A DNA stretch of 64,000 bases, from contig NZ_JAEDAK010000005.1 of NCBI RefSeq assembly GCF_016093275.1, positions 1 to 64,000 of the forward strand, given 5' to 3'. A program made the translations under genes and the position numbers. The DNA comes from Inhella proteolytica. Its GTDB lineage: Bacteria > Pseudomonadota > Gammaproteobacteria > Burkholderiales > Burkholderiaceae_C. The first letter of the stretch is position 1. Each line of letters begins with the position of its first letter. Positions 48,070 to 58,561 of this stretch are shown one piece after another. The notes under the pieces are model-generated. The model did no database searches. It was given only the letters and a program-made list of their open reading frames with translations, and was not told where the DNA came from.

Positions 48070-49230
48070 ATGCGATTCCTCTTCCCCTCCTCTCTCCTGA
48101 CACTGGTCTTGGGCCTCAGCGCCTGCGGCGGCGGGAATTCCACTGATATCCCGGTTGCATCCGCATTCGTGACTCGCATGCATGCGGCGCAGGCTCGCTC
48201 CGAGGCGTCCACGGCGTCGCGCTCTTTGAGCTCCATCGGCGCCAAAGAGTTGTTCGACTGGGCCGAATACAAGTACCCCAACCTGTTCCCCAAGGGGTCG
48301 CAGAACTTCAGCCTGATCCATGAGGGCGTTGCCTACACCGTGCGCGCCTATCCCGGCGGTACCTATCTGGGCCTCACCGAAGACGGTCGTGTCTATGGCC
48401 TTGGGGCCTTCACCAACGGTGCCCTGCAGGGGTTCGGTCGGCTGTCCGACTACACGGCCCAGATCCAGGCCGACAACTGCACGCTCTACCCTGGCAGCTG
48501 CTATTCCAATGACCCACTCGGGCCGCTGAATGAGTGCTTCAGGCCGGCATCCCAGGCCCTGGCTTTGGGCAGCCACTACAGCCTTGTCTACAGCCATGCG
48601 GGCACCGGCAAGGACGGTGAGGCCACGGGCGAGATGAAGGTGGAGTCCCTGGTCGAGCAGAACGCGACCTTTGCGGGCCAGAGCGCGGTGCAGACGGCGA
48701 TGAATACCGAGTTCACGATCACGCAGGGCGGCCAGACCAGCACCACCCGCTATCGCAGCAAGCACTACGCCCAGGCTGCAGCGAATGAGCTGATGCTGTT
48801 GCTGGGCGGGGAGACCGCCATCGAGAGCCGCTCCGCTCAAGGCCTTTACACGGTGAACGCGCGCCAGGTGTACCAGCCGGCCTACCTGAACAGCGAGGCC
48901 ACGCTCAGCGTCGGCCAGTCACTCACTCGTCGCCTGGTCTCTGAATTGACCACCACGACGGTCATTTCAGGGATGCCCCTGCCGACCACCACGGACACCG
49001 AGACCGAGAACGAAACCCATGTGTATGAGGGTCGCGAGATGGTTACCGTGCAGGGGCGCCGCTATGACACCTGTCGCTACCGCCAGAGCGACCCCACCAG
49101 CCCCGGCGAAAGCACGTTGAGTTGGCTGCTGGTGGGCAAGGGCATCCCGGTGCGCACGGTGTCCACCGATGCGGACGGCACCGTGACGCAAGAGCTCAAG
49201 AGCGGCACGCTCAACGGGCAGGCGCTTTAG
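48070..49230 (+). CDS. Hypothetical lipoprotein
   Basis: Lipobox 'LGLSACGGG'. Slightly lower GC than surroundings. Confidence 0.55.
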   Translation: MRFLFPSSLLTLVLGLSACGGGNSTDIPVASAFVTRMHAAQARSEASTASRSLSSIGAKELFDWAEYKYPNLFPKGSQNFSLIHEGVAYTVRAYPGGTYLGLTEDGRVYGLGAFTNGALQGFGRLSDYTAQIQADNCTLYPGSCYSNDPLGPLNECFRPASQALALGSHYSLVYSHAGTGKDGEATGEMKVESLVEQNATFAGQSAVQTAMNTEFTITQGGQTSTTRYRSKHYAQAAANELMLLLGGETAIESRSAQGLYTVNARQVYQPAYLNSEATLSVGQSLTRRLVSELTTTTVISGMPLPTTTDTETENETHVYEGREMVTVQGRRYDTCRYRQSDPTSPGESTLSWLLVGKGIPVRTVSTDADGTVTQELKSGTLNGQAL

Positions 49231-49261
49231 CCAGAGGGCGCCCCATGCCCTTCGGACCCGC

Positions 49262-50191
49262 TCAGGCGCCCAGCAGGTAGTCGATCGCGCGGCTGACGGT
49301 GACGGCCTGGGCCTCGTTGCACTGCGCCGGTGTGGTGCGCGGGCTGTCGGGGTAGACCTCGGTGGTGGTGTGCAGGCGCGCGGCCGTCATGCCGCCGCAC
49401 AGGCCCAGCGGGCCCATGTCGTAGTGGATGACGCCGGGCTGCTGCACCGGCGTGCCGATGAGGCAACCCTGCGGGTCGGCTGCGGCGATGGGGGTGACGC
49501 GCGCCACCGCCTCGATCAGCGCGCGCTGAAAGTCCGGTTCGGGGCGGGCGCTGTCGGCCACCAGGTAGAAGCCGTCGGGCACCTCATGCCATTCAGAGGC
49601 CTTGCCATCGCGCGCCGCGCGGGCCGGGCCGAACTCGCTGTTGTCGCTGTCGGTGGTCTCGTGCAGGTCCACATGCAGGTCTACCTGCGGCGCCTGTGCG
49701 GCCACGCAGGCCCAGGCCAGGCGCGCTTCCAGCGCGGGGCTGTCGGGCCGGAACAGGCGGTTCGGGTCCAGCGCCAGCGGGTTCCAGCGGTTGATGGTCT
49801 CGTAGGCCCAGGGGCTGATGGCGGGCAGCATCAGCACATTGACATCCTTGGCGTAGCGCTCGAAATCGCGCCGCAGCCACAGCAGCGCACCCTGCACGCC
49901 GCTGGTCTCGTAGCCGTGCACGCCGCCGGTCACCAGCACCGTAGGCCGCCCGGCGCGCCAATCTCGGCTGCGCACCGCCATCAGCGGGTAGCGCCCAGCG
50001 CCCAGCGCCGTGTAGTCCAGCTCGCCGTACTGAACGCATTCAGCGCCTGCGGGGCCTTGCGCCTGCAGCGGCGCCAGCACCTCGTCGGCGTAGCTTCGCT
50101 GCACGGTCTGGCGCGCCAGCCAGGCGGCGCGTTCGGCGGCGCCCCAGGGCCGGCCGGGGGTGCCGATGGGATAGGGGGTGGTGGGATGCAT
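49262..50191 (-). CDS. M14-family zinc carboxypeptidase-like protein (succinylglutamate desuccinylase/aspartoacylase type)
   Basis: 'VLVTGGVHGYETSGVQGAL' is the Zn-binding HxxE motif. A later 'VDLHVDLHETT' His. Confidence 0.65.
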   Translation of the reverse strand: MHPTTPYPIGTPGRPWGAAERAAWLARQTVQRSYADEVLAPLQAQGPAGAECVQYGELDYTALGAGRYPLMAVRSRDWRAGRPTVLVTGGVHGYETSGVQGALLWLRRDFERYAKDVNVLMLPAISPWAYETINRWNPLALDPNRLFRPDSPALEARLAWACVAAQAPQVDLHVDLHETTDSDNSEFGPARAARDGKASEWHEVPDGFYLVADSARPEPDFQRALIEAVARVTPIAAADPQGCLIGTPVQQPGVIHYDMGPLGLCGGMTAARLHTTTEVYPDSPRTTPAQCNEAQAVTVSRAIDYLLGA

Positions 50192-50404
50192 GGAGGGTGC
50201 TGGAGCCTTGGGCGGGCCTGCATTCTTCCTGCGCACGCCGTCGGGTTGAAACAGCTGCTCACGCGGGCGGTCTGAAGCTCGATAAGGTCGCACCTTCGTA
50301 TCAGGGAGAACACAGTGGGACGACAAGGCTTCAGGCTCGCGTGGGGCATGTGCCAGTTTGGCTTGGCCATGTCGGCAGCAGCAGCGGACTCAGGCGGCTA
50401 GGCG

Positions 50405-51283
50405 ATGCGAGTGGCAATCCAAACGGACCACCTGGAGCCGCGGGCTGCGCAGCCCGCCGGCCCGCGATGTCACCCGTTGACCCGCTGGCTCGGTCTGGCA
50501 ACCGGCCTGCTGCTCCCCGGCCAGGCCTGGGCGGACATGGGCAACATCGGCGACGGCTTCATTTACACCCTGGTCGCCATTGGTCTGCTGGGCCTGCTGG
50601 CCTGGACGCTCGTGCCTTGGCTCGTCTACCGCTCCCTAAGGGGCCGTGGCACCGCGCTGCGGGTGCTTGTGGCGGTGCTGGTGTGGACGATGCCGGCCTG
50701 GGCGCTGCTGGGCGCAGGGGCGTTCGCAGCCTTTGAGCAGCGGCCGCGCGCGCCTGAGGTCGTGGAGCGGTCGACCGCGCCGCAGACGCTGCTGGATCTT
50801 GAGTTCCCGGCGGGCAGCCGCCTGGAGTACGCCCATGACGGCTCGTATGGGCGGCGCCTGGTGGGGGCTTGGGCTCAGACGGAGCGGGACTTCAGTGGCC
50901 TGAAGATTCTCGGCTTGAGGCTGGCCAGCACGGCCAGCGAGAGCCGTTTGCAGGTTCAGCTGAGCCGAGCGCAACTCATCGACGGCTGGCTGTGCGGCAC
51001 CGAGGAACAGGTTGGGCTGCAGTTCATCCAATCGAGCTATGGACTGAGCCACTGCATCCTGGCCGGACAGGCCGTGGGGGAGGTGCACTGGCCCGCAGGC
51101 ACACGCGTCCGATTCGACGGCCAAGCCTGGGCCTTAGTGGCCTCCACAGTGACGGGCCTGGATGCGGCTCAGCGATGCGAGCGGCCCATCGTGATTGGCA
51201 CGGGGCGCTACATCCAGGTGATGGCGCAAGTCGACCTGGAAGGGAGGCAGGTGACGGCAACCGCAGGCGTGCACTGCAAGTAG
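50405..51283 (+). CDS. Hypothetical membrane protein
   Basis: Three N-terminal TM helices and codon bias. Confidence 0.45.
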   Translation: MRVAIQTDHLEPRAAQPAGPRCHPLTRWLGLATGLLLPGQAWADMGNIGDGFIYTLVAIGLLGLLAWTLVPWLVYRSLRGRGTALRVLVAVLVWTMPAWALLGAGAFAAFEQRPRAPEVVERSTAPQTLLDLEFPAGSRLEYAHDGSYGRRLVGAWAQTERDFSGLKILGLRLASTASESRLQVQLSRAQLIDGWLCGTEEQVGLQFIQSSYGLSHCILAGQAVGEVHWPAGTRVRFDGQAWALVASTVTGLDAAQRCERPIVIGTGRYIQVMAQVDLEGRQVTATAGVHCK

Positions 51284-51314
51284 CGGCCGGGCGTTGAGGC
51301 CAGCTTGTGCGACC

Positions 51315-52424
51315 TCAGGGTCGTGGCGCGAGGCTGCCGCTGGCGTCCAGCCGCAAGGTGTGCGGCACCGCGCCGTTCTCCACCGGCTTGCGCGCCAGGA
51401 AGGCGCGGCTCTCGGGGGCCTGCTTGAGGTGCGCGTCGAGGAAGTGACGTACGTACAGCGCCACCATGCCGAAGGCCTGCCGCACCTCGGCCTGGCTGTA
51501 CTCGTCGTAGGCGGTCGGCGGCGCCTCGCGCAGGCGCCGCGAGACGAAGTCCTCGTGCCGCATGGGGTAGACGATGAGCTGGGTGACGGGGCTGTGCCGG
51601 GCCTCGTTGAGCAGGCTGAAGCGGGTGTCGATGCCGCGGCGGTTGATCTCGGAAATCGTGTCCGGCGTGCGCGAGACATAGAGCCAAGGGGCGATCAGCC
51701 GTGTCACGTCGATCTGTCGCGTGAGCTCGGGCTCGCGGGTGCCGTCCAGGCTGACGAGGGCCTGCACCCGGGCCTCCTGCGTCGCCGCGAACAGCTGCGT
51801 CATGCCGCCCCAGCTCCAGCCCAGCAGGGCCAGGCGCCGCGCGTCGGCCTGTGGGTCCGATTCGGCCAGGCGGATCAAGGCGCGGATGTCCGCCACCTGG
51901 GGTTCGACGCCGGCCAGGCTTTCCTCTACGTCCTTGCCGTCGGCCCCCATGCCGATGCTGGACAGCACCACATAGCCGTGGCTGGCCAGGTCTTCGAGCA
52001 GCTCGGCGTTCTCGTCTGCCGGCCCGCCCACGCCGGGTGCGTAGACGATGACGGGAAATGCCGCGCCCGCGGGCGCTGCGTGCAGGGTGGCGCGCATCGG
52101 TGCCTCCAGCAGCGCCTGCGCCGTGGCGCTGCCCAGGCGCTGGCCGAGCCGGCTCGCCTGCTGGCCGCGCAGGGCCTGCAATTCGTCGGGAGAGCGATCC
52201 TGCCGCAGGGCGGTGAGGCGGGTGGCCAGGTAATCGGCATAGCGCAGCGTCGAGCCCGGCGCACCGGCCGGGTACCACTGCAAGACCTGCGCCGGCTGGC
52301 GACCCTGGGCCTGCTGGATGACACGAAAGCCGACCGGGTAAGGACCGGGCGGATGCGCGAGCAGCGGCTCCGCGCCGTGGGCGGCCAGGCTGGATAGGGC
52401 CAGGCAGAGAACGAGGTGGCGCAT
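51315..52424 (-). CDS. Secreted alpha/beta hydrolase (dienelactone hydrolase/PAF-acetylhydrolase-like)
   Basis: Signal peptide and nucleophile elbow 'GWSWGG'. Confidence 0.7.
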   Translation of the reverse strand: MRHLVLCLALSSLAAHGAEPLLAHPPGPYPVGFRVIQQAQGRQPAQVLQWYPAGAPGSTLRYADYLATRLTALRQDRSPDELQALRGQQASRLGQRLGSATAQALLEAPMRATLHAAPAGAAFPVIVYAPGVGGPADENAELLEDLASHGYVVLSSIGMGADGKDVEESLAGVEPQVADIRALIRLAESDPQADARRLALLGWSWGGMTQLFAATQEARVQALVSLDGTREPELTRQIDVTRLIAPWLYVSRTPDTISEINRRGIDTRFSLLNEARHSPVTQLIVYPMRHEDFVSRRLREAPPTAYDEYSQAEVRQAFGMVALYVRHFLDAHLKQAPESRAFLARKPVENGAVPHTLRLDASGSLAPRP

Positions 52425-52436
52425 GGGGATCGAGGC

Positions 52437-53075
52437 TCAGACGGCCTGTGCCGAAGGGGGTGCCAGCACCAGGGCATGGTTCGCTGTCCAGGGCTTCAAG
52501 CTCCATTCGTCACGCAAGCCCCAGCCGCGCTGGGTGGCCTCACGCAGCCAGTGGTCACGGGTCTGGTACCGAACCCGGTCACCGGTGATGTAGCGATCGC
52601 TGAGGTAGCCGAGGTGGTAGATCGGTGTGCGGTTGCGCACCCACTCCTTCAACACCAGCCGTCCTTGAAGTGGTTCCACCAACTGGGCTGCGACGCTCCA
52701 TAGAGCTTCGCGTGCCGCCTCGTCGGCATGGTGCATCACGTCGCACACCAGCACCAGGTCGGCTCGTGCTCTGAGATGCGAAAGCAACTGTGTGGCGTCG
52801 CCATGGATGAACTGCGCGCGCTCCGTTGAGCCCTGAAAGAGGCGGCCCACGCGCGGCGAAATGTCGATCCCGACATAGCGTGCCGCAGGAAGCCTGGGAA
52901 GGAGCGCGCAGGCCAAAGCGCCCTCGCCGCATCCGATCTCAACCACTTGCTGAGGACGACCCAGGGCCGCGATACGGTCCGCAAACGCTTCAATGTTGAA
53001 GAAGAAGCCGCGGTAGGCAGATGCCAGGGCTGGCTCAAAGGGGCCAGCCAGCCGGCGCACAAGGCGACCGATCAT
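52437..53075 (-). CDS. Class I SAM-dependent methyltransferase
   Basis: Motif I 'VVEIGCGEGAL'. Start at MIGRLVRRL; the track ORF adds about 215 unsupported residues. Confidence 0.7.
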   Translation of the reverse strand: MIGRLVRRLAGPFEPALASAYRGFFFNIEAFADRIAALGRPQQVVEIGCGEGALACALLPRLPAARYVGIDISPRVGRLFQGSTERAQFIHGDATQLLSHLRARADLVLVCDVMHHADEAAREALWSVAAQLVEPLQGRLVLKEWVRNRTPIYHLGYLSDRYITGDRVRYQTRDHWLREATQRGWGLRDEWSLKPWTANHALVLAPPSAQAV

Positions 53076-53317
53076 GGATGAGAGCGCTCCGGGGAAGTGC
53101 AGGACCCTGATGATGCGGCCCGGCTCCAGTGAAATTATCGAGGTCGGGGCACAACGCTCCGCATCTTGAGCACCGCCCCGCAGAACGCCATCAAGGGCTC
53201 CGACCGACTGGCTGGTGCGCTGGCGGCGTGCGTGACCAACTCCGCCGAGATGCTGCGCCATCGGCCTGCGGGAGTTCTGGGCGTGAGCGGGTCGAGGGCG
53301 TGAGCGCCTGCCACTCT

Positions 53318-54052
53318 TCAAGCCCAGTGCCGGGCCCAGATGCGGTCGTGGAAGCCCATCAGGTTCGGCTGGGCCTGCACATAGTCCTGCACCGGGCTCT
53401 GGAAGGGGTGGCGCGCGAGCGTGTGGATCCAGGCGAACAAGGTGGCGTCCACGCAGCTGGGCTGGTCGCCGAACAGATAGGGCTGATCGCCCAGCAGGGT
53501 GCTCAGCGCCTGCCAGCCCTGCAGGCCCTGGGCCACCACCTCGTCCGGACCGTGCCGCCCGATGCCCTGCTGCCAGGCCTGCTGACGCATGCGCTTGGCC
53601 AGGCCGCTGACGATCGGCGTGGCCAGGGCCTTGACGAGCGGGCGCTGCCAGTCCGGCACGGCGCGCAGCGCGTAGTCGATCAGCAGCGGCTTGTAGCGCT
53701 CGACATTCGCCGGCACGCACCAGCGCAGGTAGAGCCCGACCCAGTACAGGCGGTCTTCCAAAAGGGCCTGGACGGCCAGGCTTTGCGCCTGCTGGGCGGG
53801 GCTGAGGTGCTCGTCGCGCAGGGCGCGGGCATCATGGGCCTGCAGGTGCGCCACGATGGCAGTGGAATCCGGGATCAGGCGCCCGTCGATCTGCGCCACC
53901 GGCAGCTTGGCCTTGGGCATCACGCTGCGGTCGCCGGTGCGGCCCTCGTAGGGGATGCCGGACAGGCGCAGCCAGGTTTCGAGCTTGATGACGAAGGGGC
54001 TGATGTCGGGCGTGCCGTGGCCGGCGGGGTAGCCGAATTTGTAGACGATCAA
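53318..54052 (-). CDS. Glutathione S-transferase family protein
   Basis: GST N-terminal domain 'LIVYKFGYPAGHGTPDISPFVIKLETWLRLSGIPYE...LPVAQIDGRLIPDSTAIVAHL'. Predicted TTG start preceded by GGGAG. Start uncertain. Confidence 0.6.
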   Translation of the reverse strand: MIVYKFGYPAGHGTPDISPFVIKLETWLRLSGIPYEGRTGDRSVMPKAKLPVAQIDGRLIPDSTAIVAHLQAHDARALRDEHLSPAQQAQSLAVQALLEDRLYWVGLYLRWCVPANVERYKPLLIDYALRAVPDWQRPLVKALATPIVSGLAKRMRQQAWQQGIGRHGPDEVVAQGLQGWQALSTLLGDQPYLFGDQPSCVDATLFAWIHTLARHPFQSPVQDYVQAQPNLMGFHDRIWARHWA

Positions 54053-54221
54053 GAGAGCTCCCGTTGGATGTGTTCTGGTGGACGCGCGTGCTGCGAGCCG
54101 GGGCGCAGTGTCCCGAATCGGGCGCCCTTCAATCCCTGCTCCCTGCACTTCATCGCAAGTCCAGGGCCCGTCCGGGCGTTTGCGCCGACGATGCCGGCTC
54201 GGCTTCCGACCCCTTTCCGCC

Positions 54222-55685
54222 ATGCTGCTTGCCAAACCCCTCGCCACCCTGGCCCTGCTCGGGCTTGCCCTCCACGCCACGGCCGCCGAGCCCGACTGGC
54301 GCGAACAGGCGCGCATCGATCTGGATTTCGCGGCCCAGGCGATTGCCGAGCGGCATGCCGGAGCGGTGCTCGGGCATGCGCACATCCTGAACCAGCTGGA
54401 GCGCGGCCTGCGCCATGCGCGTGCCGACCTGCCCCGGGTGCACAGCGCCGCAGACCACCGTGCGCTGCTGCGCCGCTTCGTGGCCGGCTTTGGCGACCCG
54501 CATCTGGGCCTGCAGACGGTGGGCAAGCTCAAGGGCTGGAACGGCCTGCTGATCGACGCGGCCGAGGGCCGATTCGAGGTCGTGCACACCGAACCCGATG
54601 CCGACCTGCCGCCGGTGGGCAGCGAACTGCTGGACTGCGACGGCGTGTGGATCGGCAGCTACCTGAAGGCCCAGGTGGCGCCCGGCGTCACCGAGGGACT
54701 GGAGCAGCCCAGCGGCCTGAGCCAGCTGGCCCGCCGCGTGATGTTCGACAACGACCTCGGCTGGGCCCCCGGGCGCTGCCGCTTCCGCCTGGCCGACGGC
54801 CCGCTGCGTGAGTGGTCGCTGCCGGCGCGGCCCTTCAGCGCCAGCTGGCCCGAGGAGCGGCTGGATCGCGCGCTCGCGCAGACCGGCTTCACACCCCTGC
54901 CCATCGGGCTGACGCAGCCGGCGCCGGGTGTGCTGTGGGCCGCCATCGGCAGCCTGAACCTGGGCGACCCCAAGACCGCGCAGGCGCTGGACACGCTGAT
55001 CGCGCAGCTGGCCGAGCAGGGCCCGAGGGCGCAGTGGGTGGTGTTCGACCTGCGCGGCAATGGCGGCGGCGCCTCCAGCCCCGGCGGCCGGGCGTTGAAG
55101 GCCTTGTATGGGGAGGCCTACGGCGGCCGCTTGGCTGAGCTGCCCTACAACGGCAAGCAGGTCGTGGTGCATCCGGACGCCGTGCAGATGCTGCGCGGGC
55201 TTGCCGCGCGCACGGACCTGCCCGCCGAGGTGCAGGGCCAGGTGCGCGAGGCCCTGCAGGCGCTGGAGGCCGCCCAGCAACGCGGCGAGCGCGTGGCCAC
55301 GCTGAGCCCGGTGGCGCCGCCCGCTGCCCGTGACGCGCTGCGCGCCCAGCTGCGCCAGCGCCCCGGCGGCCCGCGCTTGGCGGCGCTGATCGACCGCGGC
55401 TGCTTCAGCTCCTGCATGGCCTTGCTGCAGATGCTGCAGGGCCCGGCAGACACCCTGGTGCTGGGCGAGGCCACGGTGGGCTACTCGCCCTACGGCGAGA
55501 TTGCACCCCTGCCCCTACCCAGCGGCCAGGGCACGCTGCGCCTGCCCGCGGCCTACTTCGTGAGCGAGCAGGCGGCGCAGCAGCCCTTTGTGCCGCAGCG
55601 CCGCTACCCGGGCCGGATGCACGACGGCGCCGCCGTGCAGGCCTGGGTGCTGCAGCAGCTGCAGGCGGCGACTCAGCCGCGCTGA
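54222..55685 (+). CDS. S41-family (C-terminal-processing-like) peptidase, secreted
   Basis: Signal peptide. 'VVFDLRGNGGG' and the S41 pattern. Start at MLLAKPLATLALLG. Confidence 0.7.
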   Translation: MLLAKPLATLALLGLALHATAAEPDWREQARIDLDFAAQAIAERHAGAVLGHAHILNQLERGLRHARADLPRVHSAADHRALLRRFVAGFGDPHLGLQTVGKLKGWNGLLIDAAEGRFEVVHTEPDADLPPVGSELLDCDGVWIGSYLKAQVAPGVTEGLEQPSGLSQLARRVMFDNDLGWAPGRCRFRLADGPLREWSLPARPFSASWPEERLDRALAQTGFTPLPIGLTQPAPGVLWAAIGSLNLGDPKTAQALDTLIAQLAEQGPRAQWVVFDLRGNGGGASSPGGRALKALYGEAYGGRLAELPYNGKQVVVHPDAVQMLRGLAARTDLPAEVQGQVREALQALEAAQQRGERVATLSPVAPPAARDALRAQLRQRPGGPRLAALIDRGCFSSCMALLQMLQGPADTLVLGEATVGYSPYGEIAPLPLPSGQGTLRLPAAYFVSEQAAQQPFVPQRRYPGRMHDGAAVQAWVLQQLQAATQPR

Positions 55686-56245
55686 CGGCGCGCGACGCCG
55701 GCCATCAGGCCCAGGCCCACCAGGGCCAACGCCAGGGCGGCGGGCTCGGGCACGGCGTTGGCGGCCTGCTGCAGGGTGACGCGCACGTTGTCCAGGCGGT
55801 AGAAGGACGGGTCGTTGCGGCCGCTGAAGGACAGCTTGGTGCTGTCGCTGTCCGCCACCAGGTCGGTGAAGGTGAAGTGCGTCCAGTTGTAGGCGAGATT
55901 GGCGGTGCTGAACACCAGGTCGCCGTCGAAGCTGGCCGTGAATGCCACGGCGCCGCTGGTGGCGGTGTTGTAGAGGTCGAACTCCAGCGTGTACATCTCA
56001 CCGGCCACCGTGCTGAGGAACTGGCTGATGACGGCGGCCGAGCCGGTGGCACCGACGCGCCAGACGTAGCTGTGGTTGGAGGTCACCGTGTTGGCGATGA
56101 TGTCGCTGAGGCTGGTGTTGCCCGACTTCGTCCAGCCGCTGAAGTTGCCGGTCTGGAAGTCGCCATTGGCCACCAGGTTGACGGGGTTGGCCTGCGCGGC
56201 GAACGCGGCAAGGGAGAAAAGGCTGGCGAGGGCAAGTTGACGCAT
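55673..56245 (-). CDS. PEP-CTERM sorting-domain protein
   Basis: C-terminal 'VPEPAALALALVGLGLMAGVARRQRG' (PEP motif + TM + Arg-rich tail). N-terminal signal. Confidence 0.7.
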   Translation of the reverse strand: MRQLALASLFSLAAFAAQANPVNLVANGDFQTGNFSGWTKSGNTSLSDIIANTVTSNHSYVWRVGATGSAAVISQFLSTVAGEMYTLEFDLYNTATSGAVAFTASFDGDLVFSTANLAYNWTHFTFTDLVADSDSTKLSFSGRNDPSFYRLDNVRVTLQQAANAVPEPAALALALVGLGLMAGVARRQRG

Positions 56246-56443
56246 GGAGTTTCCGCAACAAGAGGGGGCAAACAGGGGGTGAAGCGTGTCGGCAGCGGCA
56301 TCCCGCCCGGCCTTGACGTTTGCTGACACTTTTCCATGCCCTGCGGGCCCGGCACCGGGCGGACACCCCCCGATCTGCAGGCGGGCGGGTGCGCGCGAAT
56401 GCCAAGAAAGTCACGCAGCCCGCGCCCGGCTGCGTGAACCCGC

Positions 56444-56869
56444 TCAGCCCTCGCGCCGGCTGCCGCTGTCCTGCGCCTCGATGAAGGCCTTGCGAAAGGC
56501 CATCGGCTCGGCGATGCCGGTCAGCGGCGCGTGGGAGGTGCCGGTACCTGAGATGACGAGGGTGCCGAAGTCGAACAGGCGGCCCAGCACGCCCTGATCG
56601 ACCTGGATGCTCTCGGCCTTGTTCAGATTGATCTCGATCGTCTGCCGGCTGATGAAGCCGTGCTTGACGATGATGCGCTTGGTCGTGACCGCCAGCTCGG
56701 TGGACTTGTAGCGGATGTAGGCCGCCACCAGGAACACCAGGCCCAGGCCAAACAGCGGCAGCGTGATGAGGCCCAGCGCAATCAGGTGCGCCAGCCCCCA
56801 CAGGCTGAGGTGGCCTTCGTGCAGGATGGTTTCGCCCTTGACCAGCGCGCCCTCGACATAGCTCGACAT
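56444..56869 (-). CDS. Bacterial PH-domain (bPH_2/YdbT-like) membrane protein
   Basis: Two TM helices followed by the 'TTKRIIVKHGFISRQTIEI..KAESIQVDQGVLGRLFDFGTLVI' bPH_2 pattern. Confidence 0.6.
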   Translation of the reverse strand: MSSYVEGALVKGETILHEGHLSLWGLAHLIALGLITLPLFGLGLVFLVAAYIRYKSTELAVTTKRIIVKHGFISRQTIEINLNKAESIQVDQGVLGRLFDFGTLVISGTGTSHAPLTGIAEPMAFRKAFIEAQDSGSRREG

Positions 56870-57115
56870 CGGTGTTCCTTGGAGATGCAGACAGACAGCC
56901 CGCGCCGTGCCGACGCGGGGCCGCGCATTCTCACCACGCCGGCCGCGCAGCTTCGCACCGGCGCGCGGGTCTCGCTTTTGTTGCGTTCCCGGCAACAACG
57001 GGTTGCAGCCTGCCGTCTTTTTCTGCAACGCCGCGATCTCCAGAATTTCAACCACTCACCCAGGCCAGGGCCTTACGGCGGCCGGGTGTCCCAACAGTCG
57101 AAGTCAGGAGTTCCC

Positions 57116-57415
57116 ATGTCCATCCCCCGCATCCTTGTTCTTGCCACCGCCCTGCTGGGCACCGGTGCCGCCATGGCGCAGAGCAGCAGCGAGGCGCAGG
57201 CGCTCAGCCGTGCCGAGGTGCTGGCCGATCTGGAGATCTACCAGCGCTCGGGCCTGGGCGCCATCGAGCAGGACGATCTGCAGATGTTCCGCGGCGAGCG
57301 CTACCGCGCCGCGCTGGCGCGCTACCGCGCGCTGCGTCAGTCGCCCGAGTTCGCGGTGCGCGTGCAGGCCATCGCCCAGCGGCGCGGCGAGACGCTGACC
57401 GCGACCGCGCCCTGA
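57116..57415 (+). CDS. DUF4148 periplasmic protein
   Basis: Signal peptide plus 'LSRAEVLADLEIYQRSGL', typical of the Burkholderiales DUF4148 family. AGGAG RBS. Confidence 0.6.
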   Translation: MSIPRILVLATALLGTGAAMAQSSSEAQALSRAEVLADLEIYQRSGLGAIEQDDLQMFRGERYRAALARYRALRQSPEFAVRVQAIAQRRGETLTATAP

Positions 57416-57495
57416 TCGGGTCCTGTTCGGGCCCTGACCCGGGCGCTCGCACAATCGATCTCCCTGGGGCCTAGCGCCCCCGTACCGGAGCGAAC

Positions 57496-58455
57496 GTGGA
57501 CAAGTTCAGCGCAATGAGGGCCTTCGTGCGCGTGGTCGAGGCCGGCAGCTTCACCCGCGCCGCCGAGGCCCTGGGCGTGCCCAAGGCGCAGGTGACGCGG
57601 CAGGTGCAGGCCCTGGAGCAGGAGCTGCGCACCCTGCTGCTGAACCGCACCACGCGTCGCGTCACCGCCACCGCCGAGGGCGCCGCCTATTACGAGCGCG
57701 CGGTGAGCGTGCTGGACGATGTGGAGGAGCTGGAGTCCAGCCTCTCCCACGCCAAGGCCCACCCGCGCGGCCGCCTGCGCGTGGACGTGCCCTCGCCCGC
57801 CGCCACCCTGGTGCTGCTGCCGGCGCTGCACGAGTTCTGTGCCCAGTACCCCGACATCCAGATCGACCTGGGCATCAGCGACCGCGTGGTGGACTTGGTA
57901 GCCGAGCGGGTGGATTGCGCGATCCGCGGCGGCACCATCACCGACCCCTCGCTGATCGCGCGGCGCCTGGGCGAGATCCGCCGCGTGGCCTGCGCCTCGC
58001 CCGAGTACCTGCGGCGCCACGGCATGCCCCAGCACCCCTCCGATCTGGAGGACGAGACGCACCGGGTGATCAGCTACTTCGCGCATGGCAGCGAGCGGCT
58101 CACCTACGTGATGGAGCGCGGCAAGGAACGCGTGGAGGTGCACCCCAAGTCCGGCATCGCGGTGAACGACAGCTCGGCCATGCTGGCTGCCGGCCTGGCG
58201 GGGCTGGGCATCGCGCGCACCGGCGCCTTCATGGCCGCCCCCTATGTGGCGGCCGGCAGCCTGCAGATCGTGCTGCCCGAGTGGTCGGCCGGCGTTTCGC
58301 CGCTCTACCTCGTCTACCCGCCCAACCGCCATGTGCCTGCGCGCCTGCGCGTGTTCATCGACTGGGTCGTCAAGCTGTTCGACTGCGCGCTCAGCGGCCA
58401 GACGCGCGGGCCGGCCACCGGCCTGCCCAATGTGCACAAGGAGCTGGCGCTGTAG
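57496..58455 (+). CDS. LysR-family transcriptional regulator
   Basis: N-terminal 'MDKFSAMRAFVRVVEAGSFTRAAEALGVPKAQVTRQVQALEQELRTLLLNRTTRRV' HTH. LysR substrate-binding domain. Confidence 0.85.
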   Translation: MDKFSAMRAFVRVVEAGSFTRAAEALGVPKAQVTRQVQALEQELRTLLLNRTTRRVTATAEGAAYYERAVSVLDDVEELESSLSHAKAHPRGRLRVDVPSPAATLVLLPALHEFCAQYPDIQIDLGISDRVVDLVAERVDCAIRGGTITDPSLIARRLGEIRRVACASPEYLRRHGMPQHPSDLEDETHRVISYFAHGSERLTYVMERGKERVEVHPKSGIAVNDSSAMLAAGLAGLGIARTGAFMAAPYVAAGSLQIVLPEWSAGVSPLYLVYPPNRHVPARLRVFIDWVVKLFDCALSGQTRGPATGLPNVHKELAL

Positions 58456-58561
58456 GGCGCCCTTCGCGCTTCCCCCGTTGTGCGCCCGGTGCCGCCTTGG
58501 GTACAACCGGGCGACGGGGAGACACAGAGCGGCGGCCTGAGCCGCGCGAGCGGAGCTTGGC

